From assembly GCA_041571435.1 (NCBI GenBank), contig JBFFUI010000008.1, forward strand, positions 4,581-68,580: a stretch of 64,000 nt of DNA. The letters run 5' to 3'. Below the pieces are notes generated by a model, which was not told where the DNA came from, ran no database searches, and saw only the letters and a list, made by a program, of their open reading frames with translations. Within the stretch, counting starts at the first letter, position 1; the number at the start of each line of letters is the position of its first letter. A program made the translations under genes and the position numbers. This DNA comes from Sulfurimonadaceae bacterium. Its GTDB lineage: Bacteria > Campylobacterota > Campylobacteria > Campylobacterales > Sulfurimonadaceae. Shown piece by piece: positions 28,544 to 38,614 of the stretch.

Positions 28544-29470
28544 TCACAGCTCTTTATGACGATAACGCTCCAGCATAGAGCTGTTACCTTTGACACCGCC
28601 TGTATGGATATAAAGTATCTCGCCTTCCAGAGTTGCCAGCACCTCAGAGAGCGCAATAAACATCTTGGGGGCATAGAGCAGATCAAACGTAATACCCTGC
28701 TTTAAAAAGTGCTGATGCACCTCGAGGTATTCACTGTAAGGTTTTGCAAAACGGTAGTTTTTTTGTGTCTCGACGATACTAAGGTTTTCAGGCATAGCAC
28801 CCAGAAAGAGCATCTGTTCTTGAAGATACTCTTTTCCCCCTATCAAGGGTGTTGTCATCACGGTGACATCGGGCAGTGCTGTCGCAAGGAAATAGGCCGT
28901 CGTCCCTGTACCCGACGGAAGGACAACGGTAAGCGCTTTGATCTCCGCTTCTTTCTTCCATGCTATAATCTCGTCTGCCAATACACCGACACCCTCTTTG
29001 GCACTAAGATCGGCACCGCCCTGCGCCAGAATAAGGTCATACTCATTGCGCCCCACCCGGCTGTCCGGTGTTGCAGAATATAACGACTCCACGACATCAC
29101 GGTATTCTGCATGATTGAGTTCCAGCAGCTGCATACCGTCATCAAGCGCTGATCTCAGATTACCGCTGATGTTCTGCTTGAGTGTCGAGGAGAGCGCTTT
29201 GGTGATATAGAGAAAGTCCCAGCGTTTTCGTCGGCACATTGCAGCTATCGACGCCATCGCATTGGACTGGCTTCCGCCATAGGAGATCACATGTCGGTAT
29301 TCGCTTGACGGGGTATTGAGTAAGAAGTGTAGTTTTCGGAATTTGTTGCCGCTCAGATTTGCATCGACGAGATCATCACGTTTGACGTAGAGCCTTCTGC
29401 CGCGAAATGTAAAGGCATCAACAGCAGAAGGAAGGTTGATGTTATTTTCCGTAGGTGATCTTAGCAGCAC
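28544..29470 (-). CDS. PLP-dependent D-cysteine desulfhydrase/ACC deaminase family
   Basis: KRDDL..SGNKFRK, YGGSQSNA, SGTGTT, HTGG; start codon uncertain. Confidence 0.85.
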   Translation of the reverse strand: MLLRSPTENNINLPSAVDAFTFRGRRLYVKRDDLVDANLSGNKFRKLHFLLNTPSSEYRHVISYGGSQSNAMASIAAMCRRKRWDFLYITKALSSTLKQNISGNLRSALDDGMQLLELNHAEYRDVVESLYSATPDSRVGRNEYDLILAQGGADLSAKEGVGVLADEIIAWKKEAEIKALTVVLPSGTGTTAYFLATALPDVTVMTTPLIGGKEYLQEQMLFLGAMPENLSIVETQKNYRFAKPYSEYLEVHQHFLKQGITFDLLYAPKMFIALSEVLATLEGEILYIHTGGVKGNSSMLERYRHKEL

Positions 29471-30281
29471 TTTGAAGCGACTTCATCTTCTTTTCCATCG
29501 CTGCTTTGAATTTTTCCATCTTCAGCTTCTGTTCGATAAAGCTCTTGACCTCGTTGAAACCGAGTTTTTTGCCTTTGATCTTGTCTTCAAGATAGATAAT
29601 GTGGTAACCAAATTGTGTTTTAACCGGAGTCGTAGTGATCGTGCCCACCTTCATGGCAAAGACTTTGTCATTGAACTCAGGTACCATCTGACCCTGAGGG
29701 AAAGAGCCAAGGTCGCCGCCCTTTGGACCGCTAGGACCGGTAGAGAACTTCTTCGCATCTTCAATAAACGCCTGCTTGAGAGCATCACCCTGCTTCCCTT
29801 TTAGACCGGCAATGATCTTGTCCGCTTCCGCCTCAGTCTTTACAAGGATATGACGGGCATGGACCTTCTCTTTTTCAACAAACTCATTGGCGTGCGAATC
29901 AAAATACTTTTTAATCTCGGCATCCGTCAAAGTGATCTTGTCAAACTGCTGCTTTTCCCACACCTTGGAGGCAAGCTGCTTTTCAACACGTTTCATCACT
30001 TCTGCAAGTTCCGCCTTATATTCCGGTGATGTCAGTACACCGCTTTTCTTGGCATCGGCATACACGAGTTCCTGTGCGATCATCCCTTCGACGATACGTT
30101 TGCGAAGCTCGACCTGTTTCTCTTTAGGCAGGGTGTTAAAACGGCCTTGTGTACCTTCCATCAGCACTTGGTTAACCTCATCACTCGTGATCTGTGTACC
30201 ATTTACTGTTGCAACAACTGCAGCTGCTGCCATTGAACTTAGTAGCGCTGTTGATACTAATACTTTTACTGCTAATCTCAA
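29442..30281 (-). CDS. periplasmic PpiC-type peptidylprolyl isomerase (PEB4/SurA-like)
   Basis: Signal peptide, ARHILV, GGDLG, MVPEF, KTQFGYHII. Confidence 0.93.
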   Translation of the reverse strand: MRLAVKVLVSTALLSSMAAAAVVATVNGTQITSDEVNQVLMEGTQGRFNTLPKEKQVELRKRIVEGMIAQELVYADAKKSGVLTSPEYKAELAEVMKRVEKQLASKVWEKQQFDKITLTDAEIKKYFDSHANEFVEKEKVHARHILVKTEAEADKIIAGLKGKQGDALKQAFIEDAKKFSTGPSGPKGGDLGSFPQGQMVPEFNDKVFAMKVGTITTTPVKTQFGYHIIYLEDKIKGKKLGFNEVKSFIEQKLKMEKFKAAMEKKMKSLQSAAKITYGK

Positions 30282-30465
30282 ACGAATTCCTTAGGTTAAT
30301 ATTATGAAAAGAGTATAGTCCCGCTTGTTAAACGGATAGTGAATAGCTTTGTAAAAAAGAGGGGATGCGGTTAATGAATCAAATGAATAAGTTGGCGAAG
30401 CGACATGCTCGCAAAAGCGGCGATGTTGACCGCTGCTGAAAATGCCGCTATTCGACAACGTGAAC

Positions 30466-32421
30466 TTAGGCGATCTGAACGTGAAGATGCTTTTCGAGGA
30501 TATATTCAAGTTTGGCACGAGTCAAAGGCTTTGCCAGATAGTCATCGAGACCCTCTTGCAGGATGTTCTCTCTATCGCCTTCCATTGCCAATGCCGTCAA
30601 TGCGATGATCGGCGTATTATTCTTTGTTTTACGCTCTTTGATCTCCTGCGTGGCAAGAATACCGTTTTTGATCGGCATATCGATATCCATGAAAATGATA
30701 TCAAACTCCTGATTCTCACACATACGAACAGCCTCTTCCCCGTCTGACGCCACTGCCACTTTCATATCGTACTCCTGCAGCAGGATAGAGATAAGACGCT
30801 GGTTGATCAGGTTGTCTTCAACCACCAAAGCACGGACTCCTTTTTGAGTCAGCTTCTCTTTTGCCCCCTCTGGTTCTTCCAGTTTGAAGGCCGCACTGAC
30901 ATGTTCGGCAATACGAGTCGGCAACAACGGTTTGTTGATCACGTAATCCACAATATGCGTGGTGCGCGTCTGCAGTTTTTCGCCGGCATCCAGGACCAGT
31001 ACAACGCGGCACTTCTTATGATAGCTACCAAGTTTCATCAGCCATGCAGACTGTTCTTGAGACGCTATGAGATAGAGCATATCAGTATCGTCATAGATCG
31101 TTTCGTCAAGGGTGTGCACTTTATCAACGTTCAGACCGAAACTGCGCAGATAGTTTGTCAGCAGATTGGCGTCATCGATCTTTTTGTCATCAAGCAGTGC
31201 TACCTTGACACGCTTGTTCTCCACCGTCTGGAATGCATTCTCTCTGGCGGCACTGAATGTCAGTGTGAAACTGAACTGGGATCCGCGTCCCACTTCAGAG
31301 GTGATCTTAAGATGGCCGCCCATCAGTTCGACAAGCCCGTGAGAAAGGCTGAGTCCGATACCCAGACGTTGATCAGCCTGATTGCCCGATTCAAACGGTG
31401 TGGTCACTTTTGCGATCTGGTCTTTAGGGATACCCTGACCGGTGTCGCGTACGGTAAAGCCGATCGTACAACGGCCTGACTCCGGCCACTTGAGTAGTTT
31501 GACTTCGACGATGACCTTACCGCCTCTAGGGGTGAACTTTAAGGCATTGTTGATCAAATTATTCATGATCTGTTTAAGTTTACGCAGATCGCCCTGGATA
31601 TAGGTTGGCAGTTTGGCTCCGACATAGAATGAGACACTGATCCCTTTGTCACGCCCTTCAGAGGTATAAAGCTGGGCCATCTCCTCCATCTCGGCAAAAA
31701 GGTTGAATTCGCTGTTGTTGACTGTGAATCGTCCCCCTTCCATCTGTGAAAGGTCCAGAAGGCTCTCTATATTGGTCATAAGATTACGTGCGGATGAGTG
31801 GATCATATGGATATACTCACTCTGGCTTTCAGTCGGATGCGTATGTTCCAAAAGTTCGACAAAACCAAGAATACCGTTCATCGGTGTTCTGAACTCATGC
31901 CCGATGTTGGCCAGGAACTTGGTTTTCATCTGTTCGATTTCACTTGTCTTGCAGAGTGCCTTCTCAAGCTCGGAGACATCATTCATCTGCACAAGATAAA
32001 GGTCGATCCCTTTCTGTTTCAGGAGGCGCACCTTGATGTTCATATGACGTTCGACACCGTCTTTGTCTTTGATCAGGACACGATAGCCTTCCACACTTTT
32101 GTTATCTTTGATGTAGTCAAGCCATTTATTTTCTTCATCCGTAAAGACCTCATCCGCCTCGCTCTCAAAAAGCTCTCTGATACTTTTGTGCTTCTTTCTG
32201 AAGTCTTCAATGTTCTCATAATCAAAAAATGTGAAAAAGACTTTGTTAGCACCCAACCATCCGTTCTCTTTGGTATAAAAGAGCATAATTGAACTATCAA
32301 GATCCAGGATCTGATAAAAGAGGTCTTTACTGACAAAACCTTCTTTGTCCATCGAACCGGTCAGTGATGACTTTGGCTCTTGAGTAGAAAAGAGATTACT
32401 CATAAACGAAAATAAACCCAT
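30466..32421 (-). CDS. cytoplasmic hybrid histidine kinase (PAS-like, HisKA, HATPase, REC)
   Basis: FLANIGHEFRTP, NLINNALKFT, DTGQG, GLSLS, C-terminal DIIFMDIDMP REC; no TM segment. Confidence 0.92.
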   Translation of the reverse strand: MGLFSFMSNLFSTQEPKSSLTGSMDKEGFVSKDLFYQILDLDSSIMLFYTKENGWLGANKVFFTFFDYENIEDFRKKHKSIRELFESEADEVFTDEENKWLDYIKDNKSVEGYRVLIKDKDGVERHMNIKVRLLKQKGIDLYLVQMNDVSELEKALCKTSEIEQMKTKFLANIGHEFRTPMNGILGFVELLEHTHPTESQSEYIHMIHSSARNLMTNIESLLDLSQMEGGRFTVNNSEFNLFAEMEEMAQLYTSEGRDKGISVSFYVGAKLPTYIQGDLRKLKQIMNNLINNALKFTPRGGKVIVEVKLLKWPESGRCTIGFTVRDTGQGIPKDQIAKVTTPFESGNQADQRLGIGLSLSHGLVELMGGHLKITSEVGRGSQFSFTLTFSAARENAFQTVENKRVKVALLDDKKIDDANLLTNYLRSFGLNVDKVHTLDETIYDDTDMLYLIASQEQSAWLMKLGSYHKKCRVVLVLDAGEKLQTRTTHIVDYVINKPLLPTRIAEHVSAAFKLEEPEGAKEKLTQKGVRALVVEDNLINQRLISILLQEYDMKVAVASDGEEAVRMCENQEFDIIFMDIDMPIKNGILATQEIKERKTKNNTPIIALTALAMEGDRENILQEGLDDYLAKPLTRAKLEYILEKHLHVQIA

Positions 32422-32629
32422 CTGTAATTCCTATTTTGTGAATATGTTACATTTTAACAACCAATCATTTTAGCCAATAGAGTTAAAGATTTTCTAAAAA
32501 AGTGCCGATTATGCGCAAAAGATGTCCATACACTTACTCTTTAATGCTAAAATGGCTGCAAATATTTAACAATACTGCTCCCATTTCAAAAGGATAGCGG
32601 GCGGTACTTTACCAAAGAGACAGCTAAAA

Positions 32630-33277
32630 ATGAAAAAAGCCACCAAAAAAGAGATCCTTGCCATAAAAGAGTCCTTTTTAGAACGTTACGATGCAGCCGT
32701 TACCGAGCTGACCTACTCCAATGCCTTTGAACTTGTCATCGCCGTTGCCCTTTCAGCACAGTGCACCGACAAACGTGTCAACCTGCTTACCCCTGAACTT
32801 TTCAGAAAATACCCGGACCCCGTTGCACTGGCCAATGCCGATATCAACGACATCAAAGCCATTATCAACAGCTGCTCATTTTTCAACAACAAGGCAAAGA
32901 ACCTGATCAAGATGGCCCAGCGTCTGGTCGAAGTCTATGACGGCAAGGTGCCGCTGGATGAAAAAGAGCTTGTCACTTTGGCCGGTGTAGGTCAAAAGAC
33001 AGCCCATGTGGTGATGATAGAGTTTACCGGGGCCAACCTTATGGCTGTCGACACCCACGTTTTTCGTGTGGCCCATCGCTTGGGGCTCAGTGATGACGAA
33101 ACAGCGCTCAAAACAGAAGAGACCCTGGTCAAAAAGTTTAAAACCGACCTGCATGCGCTGCACCAGGGGATGGTACTCTTTGGCCGCTACATCTGTACCG
33201 CCCAAAACCCAAAATGTGACAGCGACTGTTTTTTACAGGAGTTTTGTAAAAGTAAAAAGAGCTTCAAAGCAAGATAG
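32630..33277 (+). CDS. nth: endonuclease III
   Basis: LSAQCTD, LAGVGQKTA HhH, AVDTHV, C-x6-C-x3-C-x5-C. Confidence 0.96.
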   Translation: MKKATKKEILAIKESFLERYDAAVTELTYSNAFELVIAVALSAQCTDKRVNLLTPELFRKYPDPVALANADINDIKAIINSCSFFNNKAKNLIKMAQRLVEVYDGKVPLDEKELVTLAGVGQKTAHVVMIEFTGANLMAVDTHVFRVAHRLGLSDDETALKTEETLVKKFKTDLHALHQGMVLFGRYICTAQNPKCDSDCFLQEFCKSKKSFKAR

Positions 33278-33400
33278 AAGCTGGCAATAATCAGGAAAAC
33301 GTCTCATCTTTGGTGCAGCTTTTGCAAAAGTGATCCTGAAGCTCCACTATGCCGTGCAAGAGAGTCAAGAGCTAGGCCGTTCACCGAAGATGTGCTCTTT

Positions 33401-34009
33401 TTAGAACTTGTATTGGACACCGAGATAGAGCGTACCGATGAAATTGTAATAACTTCCTTGCCCGCTCAAATCGTTCACCTCTTGTGTCGTATCAAACTTA
33501 CTCCAGTCTCCTTCATACGCAGCACGGAAACCCAGACCCCCTAAAGCACGCGGTGTGTAGAGCAGGCCAATTCCGTAATGCAGGCTCACAAAAAGATCGC
33601 GGTCATACACGGTACCTTTATCGGCTGCCAGCCATAATACTCCTGCCCCGGCAATAACAAAAGGTCTCAGCTGGTTGTGCCAAAGGTCACTTCCGTAGTT
33701 CAGATAAACAGCTGTCGACATCGGTGTGAAGGTCTCTATCGTCTCGCCGTTTTTGGTCACATCATATATGCCGTATCCGGTAAAAGAACCTTCAAGTGTC
33801 GCTTCATGGTTAAACTTGTAGCCTGTATAGAGTTTGTAGGCACCACTGACATCACTGAGTTCGCCCCCGATATCCGAAGCTGCACCGGCATCGTTATAGT
33901 AGGTCGCACCAGCACCCAGACCGATAAAAAAACCTTCACCGTTGCGTCTCGCATCCAGTGTAAGCGGCAATAAAACAAGCAGTGTTAATGTCAGTAATAT
34001 TCTCTTCAT
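33401..34009 (-). CDS. outer membrane beta-barrel protein (OmpA-like TM domain)
   Basis: Signal peptide, alternating Gly/aromatic strands, terminal YKF. Confidence 0.8.
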   Translation of the reverse strand: MKRILLTLTLLVLLPLTLDARRNGEGFFIGLGAGATYYNDAGAASDIGGELSDVSGAYKLYTGYKFNHEATLEGSFTGYGIYDVTKNGETIETFTPMSTAVYLNYGSDLWHNQLRPFVIAGAGVLWLAADKGTVYDRDLFVSLHYGIGLLYTPRALGGLGFRAAYEGDWSKFDTTQEVNDLSGQGSYYNFIGTLYLGVQYKF

Positions 34010-34048
34010 AGTTCCCTCTGATTGTAAAAAATGTAGTGTAGCACTTTA

Positions 34049-34867
34049 TCACTTCTGCTTAACAAAGAAGAGGCGCGGGTCGACCATCGCACCGTTGAGT
34101 GAAACACCCCAATGCAGATGCGGGCCGGTAACACGTCCTGTCGCACCTACCTCCCCGATCTTTTCGCCTTTTTTGACAATCTGCCCTTTTTTGACGTCGA
34201 ACTTGTGCATATGACAGTACATACTGACCAGTCCAAGACCATGATCGATAAAGATGACGTTGCCGTTAAAAAAGAACTCCCCCATCTCGACGATCTTACC
34301 GCCGAGCGGTGCTACGATCTTTGTACCGGTGGGTGCAGCCATATCGACCCCGCTGTGCGGACGGCGGGGTTTGTTGTTAAAGTAGCGGCGTTTGCCGAAG
34401 TCATCGCTGATCTTGACCTCGACCGGCTTGACCATGGAGAGGTCGCTGAACTTTTTCGGCGAAAACAGGGCTAGCGCTTTTCGTGAACGGCTAGATTCCT
34501 CTTTGATGCGCTGCATATCCTCTTTCAGAGGCGAGACCTTGCGCTTGTTTTTCATGTTGATGTACTGCTTTTCATACGCTTTGTCGTCGAGATAAAAAGA
34601 GTGGAACTGCTCTTTTTCGCCCTCTTTGATAGTCACCTTGTACGGCTCTTTGATTTTTTGGTTCAGCCCTATTCCCGCTACGATGAAATACTTATCTTGC
34701 ACTTGCGATGGGAGTACCATCAACTGACGTTTTCCAAGGTAGGCTTTCGGTTCGACCTTGCTTTCGACCTCCTGCACGATCACACCCCCTGGAAAAGGGG
34801 CATTTTCAGGCAGTACAAGACCAAAGCCGTTAACAGCAAATAGCAGTATAAGCAGATTAATCTTCAT
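34049..34867 (-). CDS. M23 family metallopeptidase
   Basis: HSGVD, YCHM, TGPHLH motifs. Confidence 0.92.
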   Translation of the reverse strand: MKINLLILLFAVNGFGLVLPENAPFPGGVIVQEVESKVEPKAYLGKRQLMVLPSQVQDKYFIVAGIGLNQKIKEPYKVTIKEGEKEQFHSFYLDDKAYEKQYINMKNKRKVSPLKEDMQRIKEESSRSRKALALFSPKKFSDLSMVKPVEVKISDDFGKRRYFNNKPRRPHSGVDMAAPTGTKIVAPLGGKIVEMGEFFFNGNVIFIDHGLGLVSMYCHMHKFDVKKGQIVKKGEKIGEVGATGRVTGPHLHWGVSLNGAMVDPRLFFVKQK

Positions 34868-36131
34868 CCAGACTCCTCACAATATTTTGCAATGATAGAT
34901 AGACACGCTCTACCGATGCAAGCTCCACTTTTTCACGGTTGGAGTGCGGGTGCATGATGTTCGGTCCGATGGAGGCCATTGCGATACCGGGATGCTTCTC
35001 TTTGATGATCCCGCACTCCAATCCTGCATGGATGGCACCGTAGCTTGCCTTTTCGAACAGGTGCTTCGTCATATTCAAGACCAGGTCTGAAAAGCTGTTC
35101 TTCTCGGGTTTCCAGGGCGAGTAAAAGCCTTCCGACTCGACGTCGAACCCCTCTTTAGCAAAATAGGACGTAGTCTCACGCTCGAGTGCTATAAGCTCCT
35201 CTCTGTCCATGGAACGGCCGCTGAGTTGAACGCGCAAGGCCTCCTCAGAGCTCTCTATCAAAGCGAGATTAATACTGGTCTCGACAATGTCGAGGTCTCT
35301 GTTTAGAGCACGCACGCCGCTCTCAAAACCTGCCAGCATGGCGATGATCGCACAGCTCTCACCCATCACATCGGCCTCCTGCACGCCCAGATAGACGGCA
35401 CCCTCGATTGTGGCTTCCTCTTCAAGACCGAAGACGATCTCCGCCTTTTTAGGGATGGAGTTACGGCGTTCACCGCCGCTTACCTTGACGATAAAGCTCT
35501 CGGTCTCACACAGTTTTTTGAAAAGAAGAGAGATCGCATTGGGAATGTTTTTGTCGATATCGACTCCCGAGTGCCCGCCGGCAAGACCACTGATCTCGTA
35601 CGTGTAAAGATGCAGCTTCTTTTTTTGGCGTGTCAACGCTTTTGTGGCGATGATGTCAACACCCCCGGCACAACCGATGGTGACGACCCCCTCCTCCTCC
35701 GAGTCAAGATTCAGCAGGTAAGGGGTTGAAAGTTCCAGCTCCAGACCTCTCGCTCCCAGCAGTCCGACCTCTTCTTCAGCCGTAAAGAGGCAATCCACCT
35801 CAGCACCACTCTCCATCAGCGTCAACATCATCGCCATCCCCATACCGTTATCAGCACCCAGTGTCGAATCTTCGGCAGAGAGCCACCCTTCTGACTCTTT
35901 GAGTTGCAGAGGAAATTCGACCCCAATGCAGACCATATCGTAGTGTGCCTGCAGCGTCATCTTCGCACCCTCTTTTTTTGCCAATATGTTTCCGACCGCA
36001 TCCGTAGAGACCCGGTAGCCGTAGGACGAACATCTTTCTACAAGGTATGCTTTCATCGCTTCAGCTTCATAAGAGCAGTGCGGGATCGTACAGAGTGTAT
36101 TGAAATGGTCAATAACTGTTGATACTGACAT
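34857..36131 (-). CDS. pepD: M20 family aminoacyl-histidine dipeptidase (PepD-like)
   Basis: QAHYDMV, LGADNG, EEVGL, NLDSEE, IHAGLECG, HPHS; start ATG 36131. Confidence 0.88.
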   Translation of the reverse strand: MSVSTVIDHFNTLCTIPHCSYEAEAMKAYLVERCSSYGYRVSTDAVGNILAKKEGAKMTLQAHYDMVCIGVEFPLQLKESEGWLSAEDSTLGADNGMGMAMMLTLMESGAEVDCLFTAEEEVGLLGARGLELELSTPYLLNLDSEEEGVVTIGCAGGVDIIATKALTRQKKKLHLYTYEISGLAGGHSGVDIDKNIPNAISLLFKKLCETESFIVKVSGGERRNSIPKKAEIVFGLEEEATIEGAVYLGVQEADVMGESCAIIAMLAGFESGVRALNRDLDIVETSINLALIESSEEALRVQLSGRSMDREELIALERETTSYFAKEGFDVESEGFYSPWKPEKNSFSDLVLNMTKHLFEKASYGAIHAGLECGIIKEKHPGIAMASIGPNIMHPHSNREKVELASVERVYLSLQNIVRSLDED

Positions 36132-36139
36132 ATGCCATC

Positions 36140-36850
36140 CTACTTTATCGCGATAAAGGTCGCAAAATTGGCCCACCGGAAGATGCATTCGCAGTGCGAA
36201 AAACCGCAGCGCTCTGCCATCTCTATGTTTTCTGCTTCCGTGTACGGGATCAGGACATTTTCCAGGGCTTCACGCTTCTGCGCTATTTCGTATTGACTGT
36301 ACCCCTGTTCTTGTTTAAAATCATAATAGCAGTCGATCAGCTCTTTGTTGAGCTTGGAGTTTGAACTCACCACCTTCTCACTGAAAATAAACGCACCGCC
36401 GCCGTTCATCACACCGCTGATCTTTCTGATCAACTCTTCGCGGACAAGCGGTCGGATAAACTGCAGCGTGTAGTTGCTGATGACGACATCACAAGGCTGG
36501 TAATCATAGGAGAGGATATCTGCCTCTTTTACCTCAACATTCGAGTTAAACGCAAGGATCTTTTTTTGTGCCTGCTCCAACATCGATGGGGCATTGTCCA
36601 GACCGACCAGCCGGGCATCGACCTCCAATGAGCGTTCGACGTCCAAAAGCGTTGACGCCGTAGAACAGCCAAGATCATAGACCAGACCACCTTCAGGAAG
36701 GTAATTCTTCGCAAACCGCTGTGTCAGTTTCATCGCCTCGGCGTAAAAGGGAACAGAGCGCTGCAGCATGTCGTCAAAGACTGCCGCTATCTCCGCATCA
36801 AACTCAAACTGTTTTGCTATCGGCTTGTTAAATACTTCATCTTTTTTCAT
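36140..36850 (-). CDS. cmoA: carboxy-S-adenosyl-L-methionine synthase
   Basis: FDDMLQRSVPFY, DLGCSTA, NYTLQF, KREALENVL. Confidence 0.96.
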   Translation of the reverse strand: MKKDEVFNKPIAKQFEFDAEIAAVFDDMLQRSVPFYAEAMKLTQRFAKNYLPEGGLVYDLGCSTASTLLDVERSLEVDARLVGLDNAPSMLEQAQKKILAFNSNVEVKEADILSYDYQPCDVVISNYTLQFIRPLVREELIRKISGVMNGGGAFIFSEKVVSSNSKLNKELIDCYYDFKQEQGYSQYEIAQKREALENVLIPYTEAENIEMAERCGFSHCECIFRWANFATFIAIK

Positions 36851-36884
36851 AAAGATATTTTAGCGAATAAGTTGCAATATCGCT

Positions 36885-37065
36885 ATGAATCCTACCCTGG
36901 AAAATTATGCGTCAAACGTCCGGGACTTTTATTGACAACACCTGCGACAAAGATATGACCTCTGTCTATGTGGAGTTTCTGCCCCAAATACCGGAAAAAG
37001 TGAGTAGTACCAGAACAGTTCTGGCGTTCTATAGCGCATTGTCACACTGCTGCAGGGCTGTGTAG
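36885..37065 (+). pseudogene. frameshifted, truncated 5' remnant of a class I SAM-dependent methyltransferase
   Basis: MNPTLENYASNVRDF, then after a frameshift at T4 (36927-36930) IDNTCDKDMTSVYVEFLPQIPEK. This resembles the pre-motif-I N-terminus of a common methyltransferase family; the LDAGCG motif is absent. Confidence 0.5.
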
Positions 37066-37156
37066 AAAAGTACCTAAATCCAACTTTTTATTGTAAATTT
37101 ACTTCTAAACAGGTATCGTAATAATATATACTATAATAAACCAGAAGGGGTTTTAT

Positions 37157-38446
37157 ATGAAAACGATTCAATTGGGGAGTAAGAAATTCTTGTTAATGGT
37201 GGCCGCGTTGTTTGTGGTCACATCGTTCATAGCCATTATGAGTAAGGGCTGCAGCGGAGACGGCAGCAGCACTAGTGGTGGCATATTTGTCGAGGCTCCG
37301 GGTGAACCGACGAATTTTACGGTCGTAGCGACAGCCGCTGGTGGGGACCTCTCTGCCACGCTGGCCTGGTCGGCACCGACGACAGGCGGTGAGACGACCT
37401 CCTATGAGATCTATCGCAGCAATTCAGCCGACAACATTTTTGATCCGGCTAACCGCCTGATCTCCCTGCCGGCCACAACCTTTGAGTTCATCGACAATGC
37501 CGGGCTGGAGAGGGGCGTAACGACCTACTGGATCGTCGCCGCCAAGAACGACGGCGGGGAGACCCCTACGCTTTCAGAAGGCTATACCCCTCCTGGCCAC
37601 GGTGGGGGTGAAGTCGAAACCTACGGCAACAACTTCGCCGCAGCGATGATCTTTGCCGACGGGTATGGTATCAGCGGACAGCAGATTACCGGGAGCTGGA
37701 CGGAAGACAACCTTTCGCTCATCGACTACGCTACCGGGCTGCGTCCGTCTGACTTGGAAGCCCCGACACAATTTCCGTACTTCGACGAGAACACGACATT
37801 TGAGCTAGGCGGCGTGACCTACTACAAGCAGAAGACCGCCAGCACATGGCAGGGGGAATGGATAGACGGGTCGAACTCGCTGGTTGAACACAATGTTACG
37901 GCAGCGTGGGGCGACAACCTGATCAGCCAGACCCTGAACACCGAATCCATCGTCAGGGTCGAGATGGTGCTCTCCGAAGACCTGGACACCAACATGACCT
38001 CTTACAAGATGGTTTCGCTTTACGGTACTAAGGATGTTGAGATATACGGGACAGACGGCACAACCTACGAAAACAACAGCTCATTCGTCTTTGCTACCAA
38101 TGCCCACCTGACGATTCAGCAAGTGGATGAAAACGGCACTGTGCTGGCGGAGGTGGAAGACCAGACGCTCTTCGACGGAAGCGTCCCAGACGGCCCGGGC
38201 AAATTCGGAGCTGAGATCAATGTGGCCGGTAACCTTACGTACGGATACGTATGGGACCTCAAGCAAAACCCTGTCCCGGCGGGAACATATCGGATCACGT
38301 TCTCGCTGGACGGCACGTCAGTTCCTACAGGTACGCCGAACAACACCATTATCGGTTCGGTCGCAGTGCCAACCGAAGGAGACCCAAGCACATTCCCTGT
38401 GCTCGATTCCGAAACTTCTACACACATCGACATTATCATCCACTAA
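37157..38446 (+). CDS. exported/lipoprotein with fibronectin type III domain and uncharacterised C-terminal domain
   Basis: Hydrophobic leader ending SKGC-SGDGSS; APGEPTNF...LAWSAP...YEIYRS...YWIVAAKNDGG FN3 pattern; visibly GC-richer than neighbours. Confidence 0.75.
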   Translation: MKTIQLGSKKFLLMVAALFVVTSFIAIMSKGCSGDGSSTSGGIFVEAPGEPTNFTVVATAAGGDLSATLAWSAPTTGGETTSYEIYRSNSADNIFDPANRLISLPATTFEFIDNAGLERGVTTYWIVAAKNDGGETPTLSEGYTPPGHGGGEVETYGNNFAAAMIFADGYGISGQQITGSWTEDNLSLIDYATGLRPSDLEAPTQFPYFDENTTFELGGVTYYKQKTASTWQGEWIDGSNSLVEHNVTAAWGDNLISQTLNTESIVRVEMVLSEDLDTNMTSYKMVSLYGTKDVEIYGTDGTTYENNSSFVFATNAHLTIQQVDENGTVLAEVEDQTLFDGSVPDGPGKFGAEINVAGNLTYGYVWDLKQNPVPAGTYRITFSLDGTSVPTGTPNNTIIGSVAVPTEGDPSTFPVLDSETSTHIDIIIH

Positions 38447-38469
38447 CAGCGACCCTTTCGGGGGAACAA

Positions 38470-38496
38470 TCAGCAGGGAACGTTTCTGCCTGCTGA
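38470..38496. terminator. stem-loop after FN3 gene
   Basis: tcagcagg-11nt-cctgctga. Confidence 0.5.
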
Positions 38497-38614
38497 GCAG
38501 GTTAGCGATAAGAGATGAAGGCCCTTTGAGTGATGGACATAGGGCTCACGAATGACCTGCGTCAAGAACGCAAAGGCGAAAAATGGTTAAACTTGTCAGC
38601 AAAAAAAGTGTCGA

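Noticed and set aside
33312-33327. Second sigma54-like motif TGGTGC-N5-TTGCA
   Set aside because: Mismatched -24 element and it points antisense into the 3' end of an OMP gene with no downstream ORF.
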